From NCBI GenBank assembly GCA_029960955.1, contig JASBVS010000005.1, forward strand, positions 53,200-117,199: a DNA stretch of 64,000 nucleotides, given 5' to 3'. The DNA is from Bacillota bacterium. Lineage in GTDB: Bacteria; Bacillota; Sulfobacillia; JAIMAT01. The position numbers and the translations under genes are program-made. Each line of letters starts with the position of its first letter. Positions within the stretch are counted from its first letter, which is position 1. The notes under the pieces are model-generated. The model did no database searches. It was not told where the DNA came from and worked only from the letters and a program-made list of their open reading frames with translations. Shown piece after piece: positions 54,699 through 62,559 of the stretch.

Positions 54699-55994
54699 AT
54701 GGAGCTCGCGCCCCTGCGCTGCGAGCGCTGCGGCGAGCGGCCGGGAGGCCCGGCCTGGCGCTGCCCGCGCTGCGGCGGCCCGCTGGAGTTCGACGAGCCC
54801 GGGTCGCCCGCCGGCCCGGCGGCTCCCCGCCTGGCGCCGCCGCCCCCGGGGCGGTTCCGCTGGCCCTGGGAGGCCAGCATCTGGCGCTGGGAGCCGCTCC
54901 TGCCGGAGGTGCCGGCGGAGGCGCGGGTGACGCTGGGCGAGGGCGCCACGCCCCTGGTGCCGCTGGCCGGCGAGGCGGAGGGGGGCGAGGCGCCGGAGGC
55001 GGAGGGCGGGGGGATCTGGCTGAAGCTCGACTTCCTCCAGCCCAGCGGCTCCTTCAAGGACCGGGGCGCCGCCTTCCTGGTCAGCTACCTGAAGGCGCAG
55101 GGCGTCCGCGAGGTGCGCGACGACTCGTCGGGTAACGCGGGCGTGGCGCTGGCGGCCTACGCCGCGCGGGCGGGCATGCGCTGCCACGTCTTCGTACCCT
55201 CGGCGAGCTCGGAGGGGAAGCTGGCGCAGCTCCGCCTGCTCGGCGCCACGGTCCACCGGCTGGACGGCGGGCGCGACGCGGCCCGGGCGGCAGCCCAGGC
55301 GGAGGAGGCTGCGGGCTTCTACGCCAGCCACAACTGGCACCCCGCCTTCCTGGCCGGCCTGACGACGCTCGGCTACGAGCTGGCGGAGGAAGTGGCCTCG
55401 CTGCTGGCGCCTGGGCAGCGCTGGCACGCGGTGCTGCCCGCGGGCCACGGGAGCCTGGTGCTGGCGCTGGGGCGCGCCTGGCGGAGGCTGGGCCGGGGGC
55501 GGGCGGCGGCAGCCCCGGCGGCCGCGCCGGCTCCCGCGCCGGTGCTCTGGGCCGTGCAGGCCGAGGGCGACGCCCCGCTCGCCCGGGCGCTGGAGGAGGG
55601 GCTTCCCGAACCGACGGAGGAGATCCTCGCTGCCCCGCGCCGGCCGACGGCGGCCGAGGGGATCGCCGGCGCGCGCCCCGTCCGGGGTCGCGAGGTGCTG
55701 GAGCACCTGCGCCGGAGCGGGGGCGGGGTGGTGACCGTGACCGAGGAGGAGCTGGCCGCGGCGCTCCTGCGACTCCTCGGCCAGGGCCTGCTGGTGGAGC
55801 CGACGGCGGCGGCCGCGCTGGCGGGGGCGCTGCGCCTCCGGCGCGAGGGGCGGGTGGCGGCGGGCGAGCCGGTGGTGGCGGTGCTCACGGGCAGCGGGCT
55901 GAAGGCTCCGGCGGCGCTGGAGCGCCTGCTCGCCGGCGACCGGCCCGGGGAGGGCCGGCCGGGCGGTGCCGGGCCGGGCGGGGAGCGGACGTGA
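54699..55994 (+). CDS. PLP-dependent threonine synthase-like enzyme with an N-terminal zinc ribbon
   Basis: CERCG...CPRCGG, LGEGATPLVPL, and QPSGSFKDRGA (PLP-Lys motif), DSSGNAG. The start is ATG 54699 or GTG 54687 overlapping the ogt stop. Confidence 0.8.
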   Translation: MELAPLRCERCGERPGGPAWRCPRCGGPLEFDEPGSPAGPAAPRLAPPPPGRFRWPWEASIWRWEPLLPEVPAEARVTLGEGATPLVPLAGEAEGGEAPEAEGGGIWLKLDFLQPSGSFKDRGAAFLVSYLKAQGVREVRDDSSGNAGVALAAYAARAGMRCHVFVPSASSEGKLAQLRLLGATVHRLDGGRDAARAAAQAEEAAGFYASHNWHPAFLAGLTTLGYELAEEVASLLAPGQRWHAVLPAGHGSLVLALGRAWRRLGRGRAAAAPAAAPAPAPVLWAVQAEGDAPLARALEEGLPEPTEEILAAPRRPTAAEGIAGARPVRGREVLEHLRRSGGGVVTVTEEELAAALLRLLGQGLLVEPTAAAALAGALRLRREGRVAAGEPVVAVLTGSGLKAPAALERLLAGDRPGEGRPGGAGPGGERT

Positions 55995-56395
55995 TCGCCC
56001 GCCTCGTGCTGCTCTACTTCCTCTTCATCAACCTCTGGGCCTACGGCCGCATGGCCCTGGAGGAGCGGCGCGCCGCGGGCGCCTGGGGCGTGGCCGTCCG
56101 CCTCCTCCTCGGCGGCCGCCGCCTGCCGGAGGCCGAGCTCTACCGCCTGGCCTGGCTGGGAGGGGCGCCGGGCATCCTCCTGGCCGTGCGCCGCTTCCGC
56201 CCCGGGGAAGCGGGCACGCGCCTCGTCCGCATCGTCCTGAGCGCGCTGACTGTGGAGGGCGCCGTCCTCCTTCTCCTCCTCCGGCCCGGGCTGGGCGCGA
56301 AGCTCGTCGAGGCGCTGGGCCTCGTGGCCACCGCCCTGGGAAGCGACCTCCAGCTGGCGCTCGCCTACCTCCGCCTGCACGCGGGGCTGCCCTGA
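55991..56395 (+). CDS. DUF1294-like small membrane protein
   Basis: LLYFLFINLWAYGRMALEERRAA...RLPEAELYRLAWLGGAPG resembles DUF1294. GTG overlaps the upstream stop. Confidence 0.55.
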   Translation: MIARLVLLYFLFINLWAYGRMALEERRAAGAWGVAVRLLLGGRRLPEAELYRLAWLGGAPGILLAVRRFRPGEAGTRLVRIVLSALTVEGAVLLLLLRPGLGAKLVEALGLVATALGSDLQLALAYLRLHAGLP

Positions 56396-56436
56396 GCCGG
56401 CGCCGCGCGAGCCCGGCCGGGCCGGGGCGCCGGCGC

Positions 56437-58182
56437 CTAGCGCCCCTCCAGGAGCGGGACGACGCGCTCCGACTCGGCCGCCGCCACGGCGGTGGCACGG
56501 TCGGCCGCCCAGACCCAGGCGACGCGGCCCGGGCCGCCCCAGCGCAGGACGACGCCCGCGCCCGACGGCGCCAGCTCGGCCACGGTGCCGCCGGCCAGCC
56601 GGACCGGCTCGGGCCGGGCCCCCGGCGCCGGCTGCGGCGCCAGGGCCACGGGCTGGCTGGCGGCGCCGACCACCAGGAGAAGCCTCCCCTGGGTGATGCG
56701 GGGATCGTTGGTGGGCAGCGGCCGGGTGGTCGCCCAGAGCTCCGCCGAGTACCCGCCCGCGGTGGCGCTGAGGCGGACGGAGGTGGCCATCCCCCGGGGC
56801 GCCGCGGGCACCGCCGCCGGCAGGGCGACCGGGATGCGCGTCGCCAGGAGGCCGTAGAGGGCGGGAAGCCAGACCGGCGAGGGCGGCTTGATCGGCGTCC
56901 GGTCGATGACCGAGAAGTCGACGCCCGGGGTGTAGAGGCTGGCCGCGTTCCAGAGGAGGAAGGAGCGGATCCCGGCGGCCGCCAGCGCCTCCAGCTCCGC
57001 CTCCACTTCCTTCGGTCCGTACGCGGGCGTGCCCAGGTCGAAGTCCTGGATCCACGGGCGCTGGAGGGCGAGCGGCAGGTCGGCGGTCCGCGCCTCCGCG
57101 GCGGCCACCGTCTGCCAGACCACGTCGTAGGGCCGCGCGGCGGGGTTGGCGATGCCCAGCGCGCCCCTCCCGTAGAGCGAGGGGTAGTCCATGGGCGAGG
57201 CGAAGTCGACCGCGTGGGCCACCTCCGGGTAGCTCTGGCCGATGGCGCTGTCGCCCGGCGCGACGGAGCTGATGGCGATGACGTCGGCCGAGACCGGCAC
57301 GCCCGCTGCCCGGTGGATCGCCTCCCGCGCCGCCTCGAGGAAGCCCGTCACCGCGCGGACGCGCTCCGCGGCGGTGGCGGCGGCGGCGTAGCCGGGCGGC
57401 ATCTTCTGCGGGAAGCGGACCTCGTCGAACTGGATCTCGTCGAAGCCCAGCCTGGCGGCGGCCACGCCGATCTCGATGTTGTACGTCCAGGCGTGCGGGT
57501 CGGACGGATCGAGCCAGGCGACGTGGTTCTCGTCCGTCCACGGGCGGCCGTCCTGGCGGATGGCCCACTCCGGCCGCTTGCCGGCGGCGAAGGGGTCCGC
57601 GAAGGTGACGATGCGGCCGATCACGTAGATCCCGTTCTGATGGAGGAGGCGGAGAAGCGCCCCGAGGTCGGCGATCTTGTGGCGGTCGGCACCCAGCGCC
57701 TCGGCGGTCGTCCCCGGCAGGGGGAAGCTGAGCGCGCCCGTCTCGTCCTTGACGTCGATCACCGCGGCGTTGAGACCGTTCTGCCGCATGTAGTCGAGGA
57801 GCCGCGCCACCCGGGCGGGGTTGCCCGCGGTGTAGCCGCTCATGTAGATGCCCCGGACCACCTCGGGGCCCCGGACGAGGCGGGAGGAGCCGGCCGCCTC
57901 GCCCGCGTCGCCGTGCGCCGCTCCACCCGGGCCGCCCGGCTCACCCGGGGATCCGGCGCCGCCCGGCGCGCCCGGCAAGGCGGAATCGCCGGAAGGCGCG
58001 GCGCCGCCCTTCGACCCGCCCGCGAGCGCGGCCCTCGCCGGCTCCCCGCGCCCATGGGGGACCGGGATGCAGGCGGCGAGAAGCGGCGGGCCGGCCAGGA
58101 GGGCGAGAAGCAGGGCGAAGAGCGCCGTGCGGACCGGCAGGGCCCGGAGCGGGCGAGCACGGAAGGGCGGGACGAAGCGCAT
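56437..58182 (-). CDS. Secreted putative glycoside hydrolase (DUF4015 / YngK-like)
   Basis: Signal peptide ..ALLLALLAGPPLLAAC. VRGIYMSGYTAG...LNAAVIDVKDETG...IYVIGRIVTFAD...WLDP...GFDEIQFDEVRFP matches the TIM-barrel-like DUF4015 core. Confidence 0.8.
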   Translation of the reverse strand: MRFVPPFRARPLRALPVRTALFALLLALLAGPPLLAACIPVPHGRGEPARAALAGGSKGGAAPSGDSALPGAPGGAGSPGEPGGPGGAAHGDAGEAAGSSRLVRGPEVVRGIYMSGYTAGNPARVARLLDYMRQNGLNAAVIDVKDETGALSFPLPGTTAEALGADRHKIADLGALLRLLHQNGIYVIGRIVTFADPFAAGKRPEWAIRQDGRPWTDENHVAWLDPSDPHAWTYNIEIGVAAARLGFDEIQFDEVRFPQKMPPGYAAAATAAERVRAVTGFLEAAREAIHRAAGVPVSADVIAISSVAPGDSAIGQSYPEVAHAVDFASPMDYPSLYGRGALGIANPAARPYDVVWQTVAAAEARTADLPLALQRPWIQDFDLGTPAYGPKEVEAELEALAAAGIRSFLLWNAASLYTPGVDFSVIDRTPIKPPSPVWLPALYGLLATRIPVALPAAVPAAPRGMATSVRLSATAGGYSAELWATTRPLPTNDPRITQGRLLLVVGAASQPVALAPQPAPGARPEPVRLAGGTVAELAPSGAGVVLRWGGPGRVAWVWAADRATAVAAAESERVVPLLEGR

Positions 58183-58359
58183 ATACCGGCCTCCTGCGTC
58201 AGCTTCGGCGGAGAGCGGCCGAGAACCTGGGACGGCTGGCGGCCCGGCTCCACTCTATACGGTCAAGACGCCGGGGCGGACCGGAAGTTGCGTCGACGAT
58301 CCCATGGAGGCTTCTTCCTGGCGGGAGAGGCCCGGGGCGGCGAAGAGACGGGGGCAGGG

Positions 58360-59187
58360 ATGGAAGCGGCCAAGCGGGACGAACGAGCGGGTTTCGGTCC
58401 GCTCCTGGAACGGGCGTTCTACGACCGGCCGGCCGTGGAGCTGGCGCAGGCGCTGCTGGGTGCGGAGCTGGTCCACGAGAGCCCGGAGGGCGTCGCCTCC
58501 GGCCTGATCGTCGAGGTGGAAGCCTACGCGGGACCCGAGGATCGCGCCGCCCACTCCCGGGGCGGCCGCCGCACCGGGCGGACCGAGGTGATGTTCGGGC
58601 CGCCCGGTCACGCCTACGTCTTCGCGGTCTACGGCATGCACTGGTGCTTCAACGTCGTGGCCGGGCCGGGCGGGAAGCCCGAGGCGGTCCTGGTGCGCGC
58701 GCTCGAGCCGCTCCGCGGGATCGAGCTGATGCGGCGGCGGCGGAGCCGGCCCTCCCGCCTTCACGGTGGAGGAGACGGCTCGGCGTCGAATGTAGTTAAA
58801 ACAACGTTAACCTTCCAGGATTCCCCGGCCGACGCGCCCCTGGTAGAGTCGAAGCGTGGCGGGAAGGGCGGAGACGCCGGGGGCGGCCCGGCCGGCCGCC
58901 GGGAGCGCTTCCTGACGGCGGGTCCGGCCCGGCTCTGCCAGGCGCTCGCCATCACCGGCGCCGAGTACGGCCTCCCCCTGTGGGAACCGGCCTCGCCGCT
59001 CCGCATCCACCGCGGTCGGGCGCCCGTCCCCGCCGCGCAGATCGCCTCCGGTCCGCGCGTCGGCGTCGACTACGCGGGCGAGTGGCGGGACCGGCCGTGG
59101 CGATTCTGGATCCGCGACAACCCTTACGTCAGCCTCCCCGGACGCTTCCCGGGCGACCGGCCCGGCAGGCGGAGCGGGGAGCGCTGA
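58360..59187 (+). CDS. mpg: DNA-3-methyladenine glycosylase (Mpg/AAG family) carrying an internal insertion
   Basis: FYDRPAVELAQALLG, IVEVEAYAGPEDRAAHS, YVFAVYGMHWCFNVV, GPARLCQALAI, SGPRVGVDYAGE and PWRFW. It is ~275 aa, versus ~200 aa for family members I recall. Confidence 0.88.
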   Translation: MEAAKRDERAGFGPLLERAFYDRPAVELAQALLGAELVHESPEGVASGLIVEVEAYAGPEDRAAHSRGGRRTGRTEVMFGPPGHAYVFAVYGMHWCFNVVAGPGGKPEAVLVRALEPLRGIELMRRRRSRPSRLHGGGDGSASNVVKTTLTFQDSPADAPLVESKRGGKGGDAGGGPAGRRERFLTAGPARLCQALAITGAEYGLPLWEPASPLRIHRGRAPVPAAQIASGPRVGVDYAGEWRDRPWRFWIRDNPYVSLPGRFPGDRPGRRSGER

Positions 59188-59210
59188 GCCGGAGGAAGGA
59201 GGATCCGCCG

Positions 59211-60260
59211 GTGGCAGGGATGGCCGCACCACCCACGCTGGAGGTCGAAGGGCTGCGGAAGTCGTTCGGCCCCGTCCAGGCCGTCCGCGAGGTCGGCTTC
59301 CGGGTCGACGCCGGCACCGCCTTCGGCGTCATCGGTCCCAACGGCGCGGGGAAGACCACCACGCTGCGCATGATCCTGAACATCCTCACGCCCGACGCCG
59401 GCCGGGCGCTCTTCCGGGGGCGCCCGACCAGCGAGCTGCCGCCCCGCCTCTTCGGCTACCTGCCCGAGGAGCACGGGCTCTACCCGCGCATGCGCGTCCG
59501 TGAGCAGCTGGTCTTCTTCGGCCAGCTGGCGGGCCTGGGCGGCGGCGAGGCGCGCCGGCGCGCCGACGCCTGGATCGAACGCCTGGCGCTCGGGCCGTGG
59601 GCCGACAAACCGGCGCAGGCGCTCTCCAAGGGCAACGCGCAGAAGGCCCAGCTGGCCACCGCCCTCCTCCACGAGCCGGAGCTGATCGTCCTGGACGAGC
59701 CCTTCGCCGGCCTGGACCCGGTCAACGTCGACCTGCTCAAGTCGGTCATCCGCGAGCAGGTGGAGGCCGGCCGCACCCTGCTCTTCTCCAGCCACCGCAT
59801 GGAGCACGTGGAAGAGCTCTGCGAGGGCGTCTGCCTGATCGCCGGCGGCCGCGCGCTCCTGGCGGGGCCCATCGGCGAGGTGAAGCGGGCCGACGGGCGC
59901 CGCACGCTGCGGCTGGCCTTTGCCCGGGCCGGCGACGAACCGGCCGGCGGGGAGCCGGCCGCCGACGGCCGGGCGAACGAGCTCTACGAGGCCGTGGCGC
60001 GGGAGCTGCAGCTGACGGTCGCCCGCAGGGGCGTCGACTTCTGGGAGTACCTGATCGAACCGGGGCGCCGGGTGGAGCCCGGCCCCCTCCTGGAGCGCAT
60101 CCGCTCCTTCGGCACGCCGCTCCGCTTCGAGATCGGCCTGCCCAGCCTGGAGCGCATCTACATCGACCGCGTGGAAGGGCTGCGGGAGCAGCCGGACGAG
60201 GCGGCGGCCGCCCGGAACCGGACGACGGCGCCGCGGGAGCGCGAGGAGGTGCGGCCGTGA
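59211..60260 (+). CDS. ABC transporter ATP-binding protein (ABC-2/NatA-like)
   Basis: GPNGAGKTT, LSKGNAQKAQL and LDEPFAGLD, plus a C-terminal accessory domain. GTG at 59211 lies 7 nt after AGGAGGA (ATG 59220 is the alternative). Confidence 0.92.
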   Translation: MAGMAAPPTLEVEGLRKSFGPVQAVREVGFRVDAGTAFGVIGPNGAGKTTTLRMILNILTPDAGRALFRGRPTSELPPRLFGYLPEEHGLYPRMRVREQLVFFGQLAGLGGGEARRRADAWIERLALGPWADKPAQALSKGNAQKAQLATALLHEPELIVLDEPFAGLDPVNVDLLKSVIREQVEAGRTLLFSSHRMEHVEELCEGVCLIAGGRALLAGPIGEVKRADGRRTLRLAFARAGDEPAGGEPAADGRANELYEAVARELQLTVARRGVDFWEYLIEPGRRVEPGPLLERIRSFGTPLRFEIGLPSLERIYIDRVEGLREQPDEAAAARNRTTAPREREEVRP

Positions 60261-61510
60261 ACCAGTTCCGCGTCCTGGCGCGGCGCGAGTTCCTGGAGAT
60301 GCTCCGCTCGACCAGCTACAAGGTGACGACCGTGATCGCCGTGCTGATGGTGGTGGGGCTGGCCTTCCTGCCGGCGCTGCTCGACTGGCTGGGCAGTCTG
60401 GACCAGCGGCGCGTGGCCGTCCTCGACCAGGGAACGGGCCTGGCCGCCGCGGTGGAGAAGGCGGCCGCCGCCCAGCCGTCGTCCGCGCGGCCGGTCTTCG
60501 AGGCGTGGTCGGGGCCGGCCGACGAGGCCGCCGTCGAGAAGGCGGTGCGCGACGGGAAAGTCTCGGGCGTCCTCTGGCTGCGGCCGGCTCCGGGGCCGGA
60601 GGCCCTCTCCGCCCGGTACATCTCCAAGGACCGCCAGCCCGACACCGTCGCCGCCCTCTCCCTCGCCCTCGGCCAGGCGGCGCTGCCGCTGCGCCTGGAG
60701 CGGGCGGGCATCGCTCCCGCCGCCTTCCAGGCGGCCACGGCGCCGGTGGCGGTCGAGCAGGTGGCGCTGGCGCCGAAGGAGCGGCCGGCCAACTTCATGG
60801 TCACGCAGGGTCTGGGGTACTTCCTGATGCTCTTCCTGTACATCGCCCTGGCCATGTACGGGGCGATGGTGCTCTACGGCGTCACCACGGAGAAGACCTC
60901 GCGCATCGCCGAGGTGCTGCTGGTGGCGACGCGGCCCGCCACCCTCCTCCTCGCCAAGCTGGTGGGCCTGGGAGCGGCCGGCCTGGTCCAGTTCCTGCTG
61001 ATGGCGGTCGTGGGCGTCGGCGTCACCCTGGCGAGGGGATTGCAGGACGGCCTCTCTCCTCTGCGGCAGCTGCAGCTCTCCACGCTGCCGGTGGCCGACT
61101 GGATCTGGCTGGTGCTCTTCTTCCTGGTCGGCTTCCTGATGTATTCGGCGCTCTACGCCGCCATGGGCGCCATGGTCAGCCGGCCCGAGGAGGCGCAGAG
61201 CGCCTCGGGGCTGCCGACGCTGGTGCTGGTGGCCGCCTACATGGTGGCCATCGCCGCGATCATCACGCCGGACGGGCGGGTGGCCACGATCGGCTCCTTC
61301 GTGCCCTTCCTGACGCCGATGATCATGTTCGTGCGCGTCCTGACGCTGCCGCTGCCCATCTGGCAGCCGCTCCTCGCCCTCGCCGTCAACCTGGCCGTCC
61401 TCTGGCTCCTCGTCCGCTGGGCGGCCCGGGTCTACCGCGACAACCTGCTGGTCCAGGAGCCCTTCTCGCTCAGGCGGGCCTTCCGCCTGCGGCCGGGCGC
61501 CGCGGGCTGA
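60257..61510 (+). CDS. ABC-2-type transporter permease
   Basis: GTG overlaps the ATPase stop (GTGA). One N-terminal TM, a large extracytoplasmic loop, then 5 C-terminal TM segments, which is typical ABC-2 membrane topology. Confidence 0.85.
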   Translation: MNQFRVLARREFLEMLRSTSYKVTTVIAVLMVVGLAFLPALLDWLGSLDQRRVAVLDQGTGLAAAVEKAAAAQPSSARPVFEAWSGPADEAAVEKAVRDGKVSGVLWLRPAPGPEALSARYISKDRQPDTVAALSLALGQAALPLRLERAGIAPAAFQAATAPVAVEQVALAPKERPANFMVTQGLGYFLMLFLYIALAMYGAMVLYGVTTEKTSRIAEVLLVATRPATLLLAKLVGLGAAGLVQFLLMAVVGVGVTLARGLQDGLSPLRQLQLSTLPVADWIWLVLFFLVGFLMYSALYAAMGAMVSRPEEAQSASGLPTLVLVAAYMVAIAAIITPDGRVATIGSFVPFLTPMIMFVRVLTLPLPIWQPLLALAVNLAVLWLLVRWAARVYRDNLLVQEPFSLRRAFRLRPGAAG

Positions 61511-62492
61511 GCGCGGCGGCGTTGACGCAGTGGAGCGGCATCTCGCCCCGCTCCACGCGGCGGAGGTTCTCGGCCACGGCGGCGCCGATGCCCGCCTGCG
61601 ACTCCTCGGTCACCCCGGCGACGTGCGGCGTCAGGAAGAGGTTGGGCGCGTCGCGCAGGGGGTCGTCCGGCGGAAGCGGCTCGCGCTCGAAGACGTCCAG
61701 CGCGGCCCCGCCCAGCCTCCCCTCGCGGAGCGCCTCGGCCAGCGCGTGGCCGTCGACCAGCCCGCCGCGCCCGGCGTTGATCAGGAAGGAGCCCGGCTTC
61801 ATGCGCGCGATCATCTCGCGCCCGAAGAGGTGACGCGTCTCCGGCGCGAGGGGAAGGCAGAGGAAGACGAAGTCCATGGCCGGAAGGAGGCCCGGCAGCT
61901 CCCCGGGCCCGCCCAGCGCCTCCAGCCCCAGCTGCTCGACCAGCGCCGGGCCGTCCTCGCCCGCGCCGCGCCGCCGCACGGCCCAGACGCGCAGGCCCAG
62001 CGCCCGCAGGCGGGGCGCCAGGAGCCGTCCGATGCCGCCCAGGCCGGCCACCAGGGCGCTCTTGCCGAGCAGCAGGCGGCCCACCGGCCCTCCCCAGGCG
62101 GCCGAACCGCCGTCGAGGTTGCGGCGCGCCTCTTCCAGGCGGCGCGCCACCGCCAGTGCGCCGAGAAGCATCCACTCGGCCACCGACTCGGCGTTGCCCG
62201 TGCCCGCCGAGGGGACGTTGGCCACGGGGACTCCGCGCCGGCTGCAGGCCTCCACGTCGACGGTCTCCAGTCCCGCGCCCCACTGCTGGACGAGGCGGAG
62301 GCCCGGCGCCGCCGCCAGCACCGCCTCGTCCACCGGCGACATGCCGGGGACCACCACGTCCGCACCGCCCACGCGGCCCAGCGTCTCGGCCAGGCGGCCG
62401 GGCTCGCTGGCCACCACCTCCGTCCCCGGCAGAAGCCGGGGCAGCCGCTCGAAGAGATCGCCGAACCTGCGCTGGCCGACCACCACGCGCAT
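61470..62492 (-). CDS. D-isomer-specific 2-hydroxyacid dehydrogenase family protein
   Basis: NAD site VAGLGGIGRLLA. INAGRGGLVD, ALDVFEREP, and LTPHVAGVT (catalytic His). Confidence 0.9.
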   Translation of the reverse strand: MRVVVGQRRFGDLFERLPRLLPGTEVVASEPGRLAETLGRVGGADVVVPGMSPVDEAVLAAAPGLRLVQQWGAGLETVDVEACSRRGVPVANVPSAGTGNAESVAEWMLLGALAVARRLEEARRNLDGGSAAWGGPVGRLLLGKSALVAGLGGIGRLLAPRLRALGLRVWAVRRRGAGEDGPALVEQLGLEALGGPGELPGLLPAMDFVFLCLPLAPETRHLFGREMIARMKPGSFLINAGRGGLVDGHALAEALREGRLGGAALDVFEREPLPPDDPLRDAPNLFLTPHVAGVTEESQAGIGAAVAENLRRVERGEMPLHCVNAAALSPRRPAAGGRPA

Positions 62493-62559
62493 CGCCGTCG
62501 CCTCCTCCCGCCGAAGACGAAGCGGCGGCCCCGCCTACCCGGCCGGGCCGCCGGCGCGC

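Noticed and set aside
58786-58824. AT-rich patch in mpg interpreted as a MITE or IS remnant.
   Set aside because: I could find no terminal inverted repeats, target-site duplication or transposase fragment, and the reading frame is preserved. It is kept as a finding (insertion of unknown origin) but not called a mobile element.
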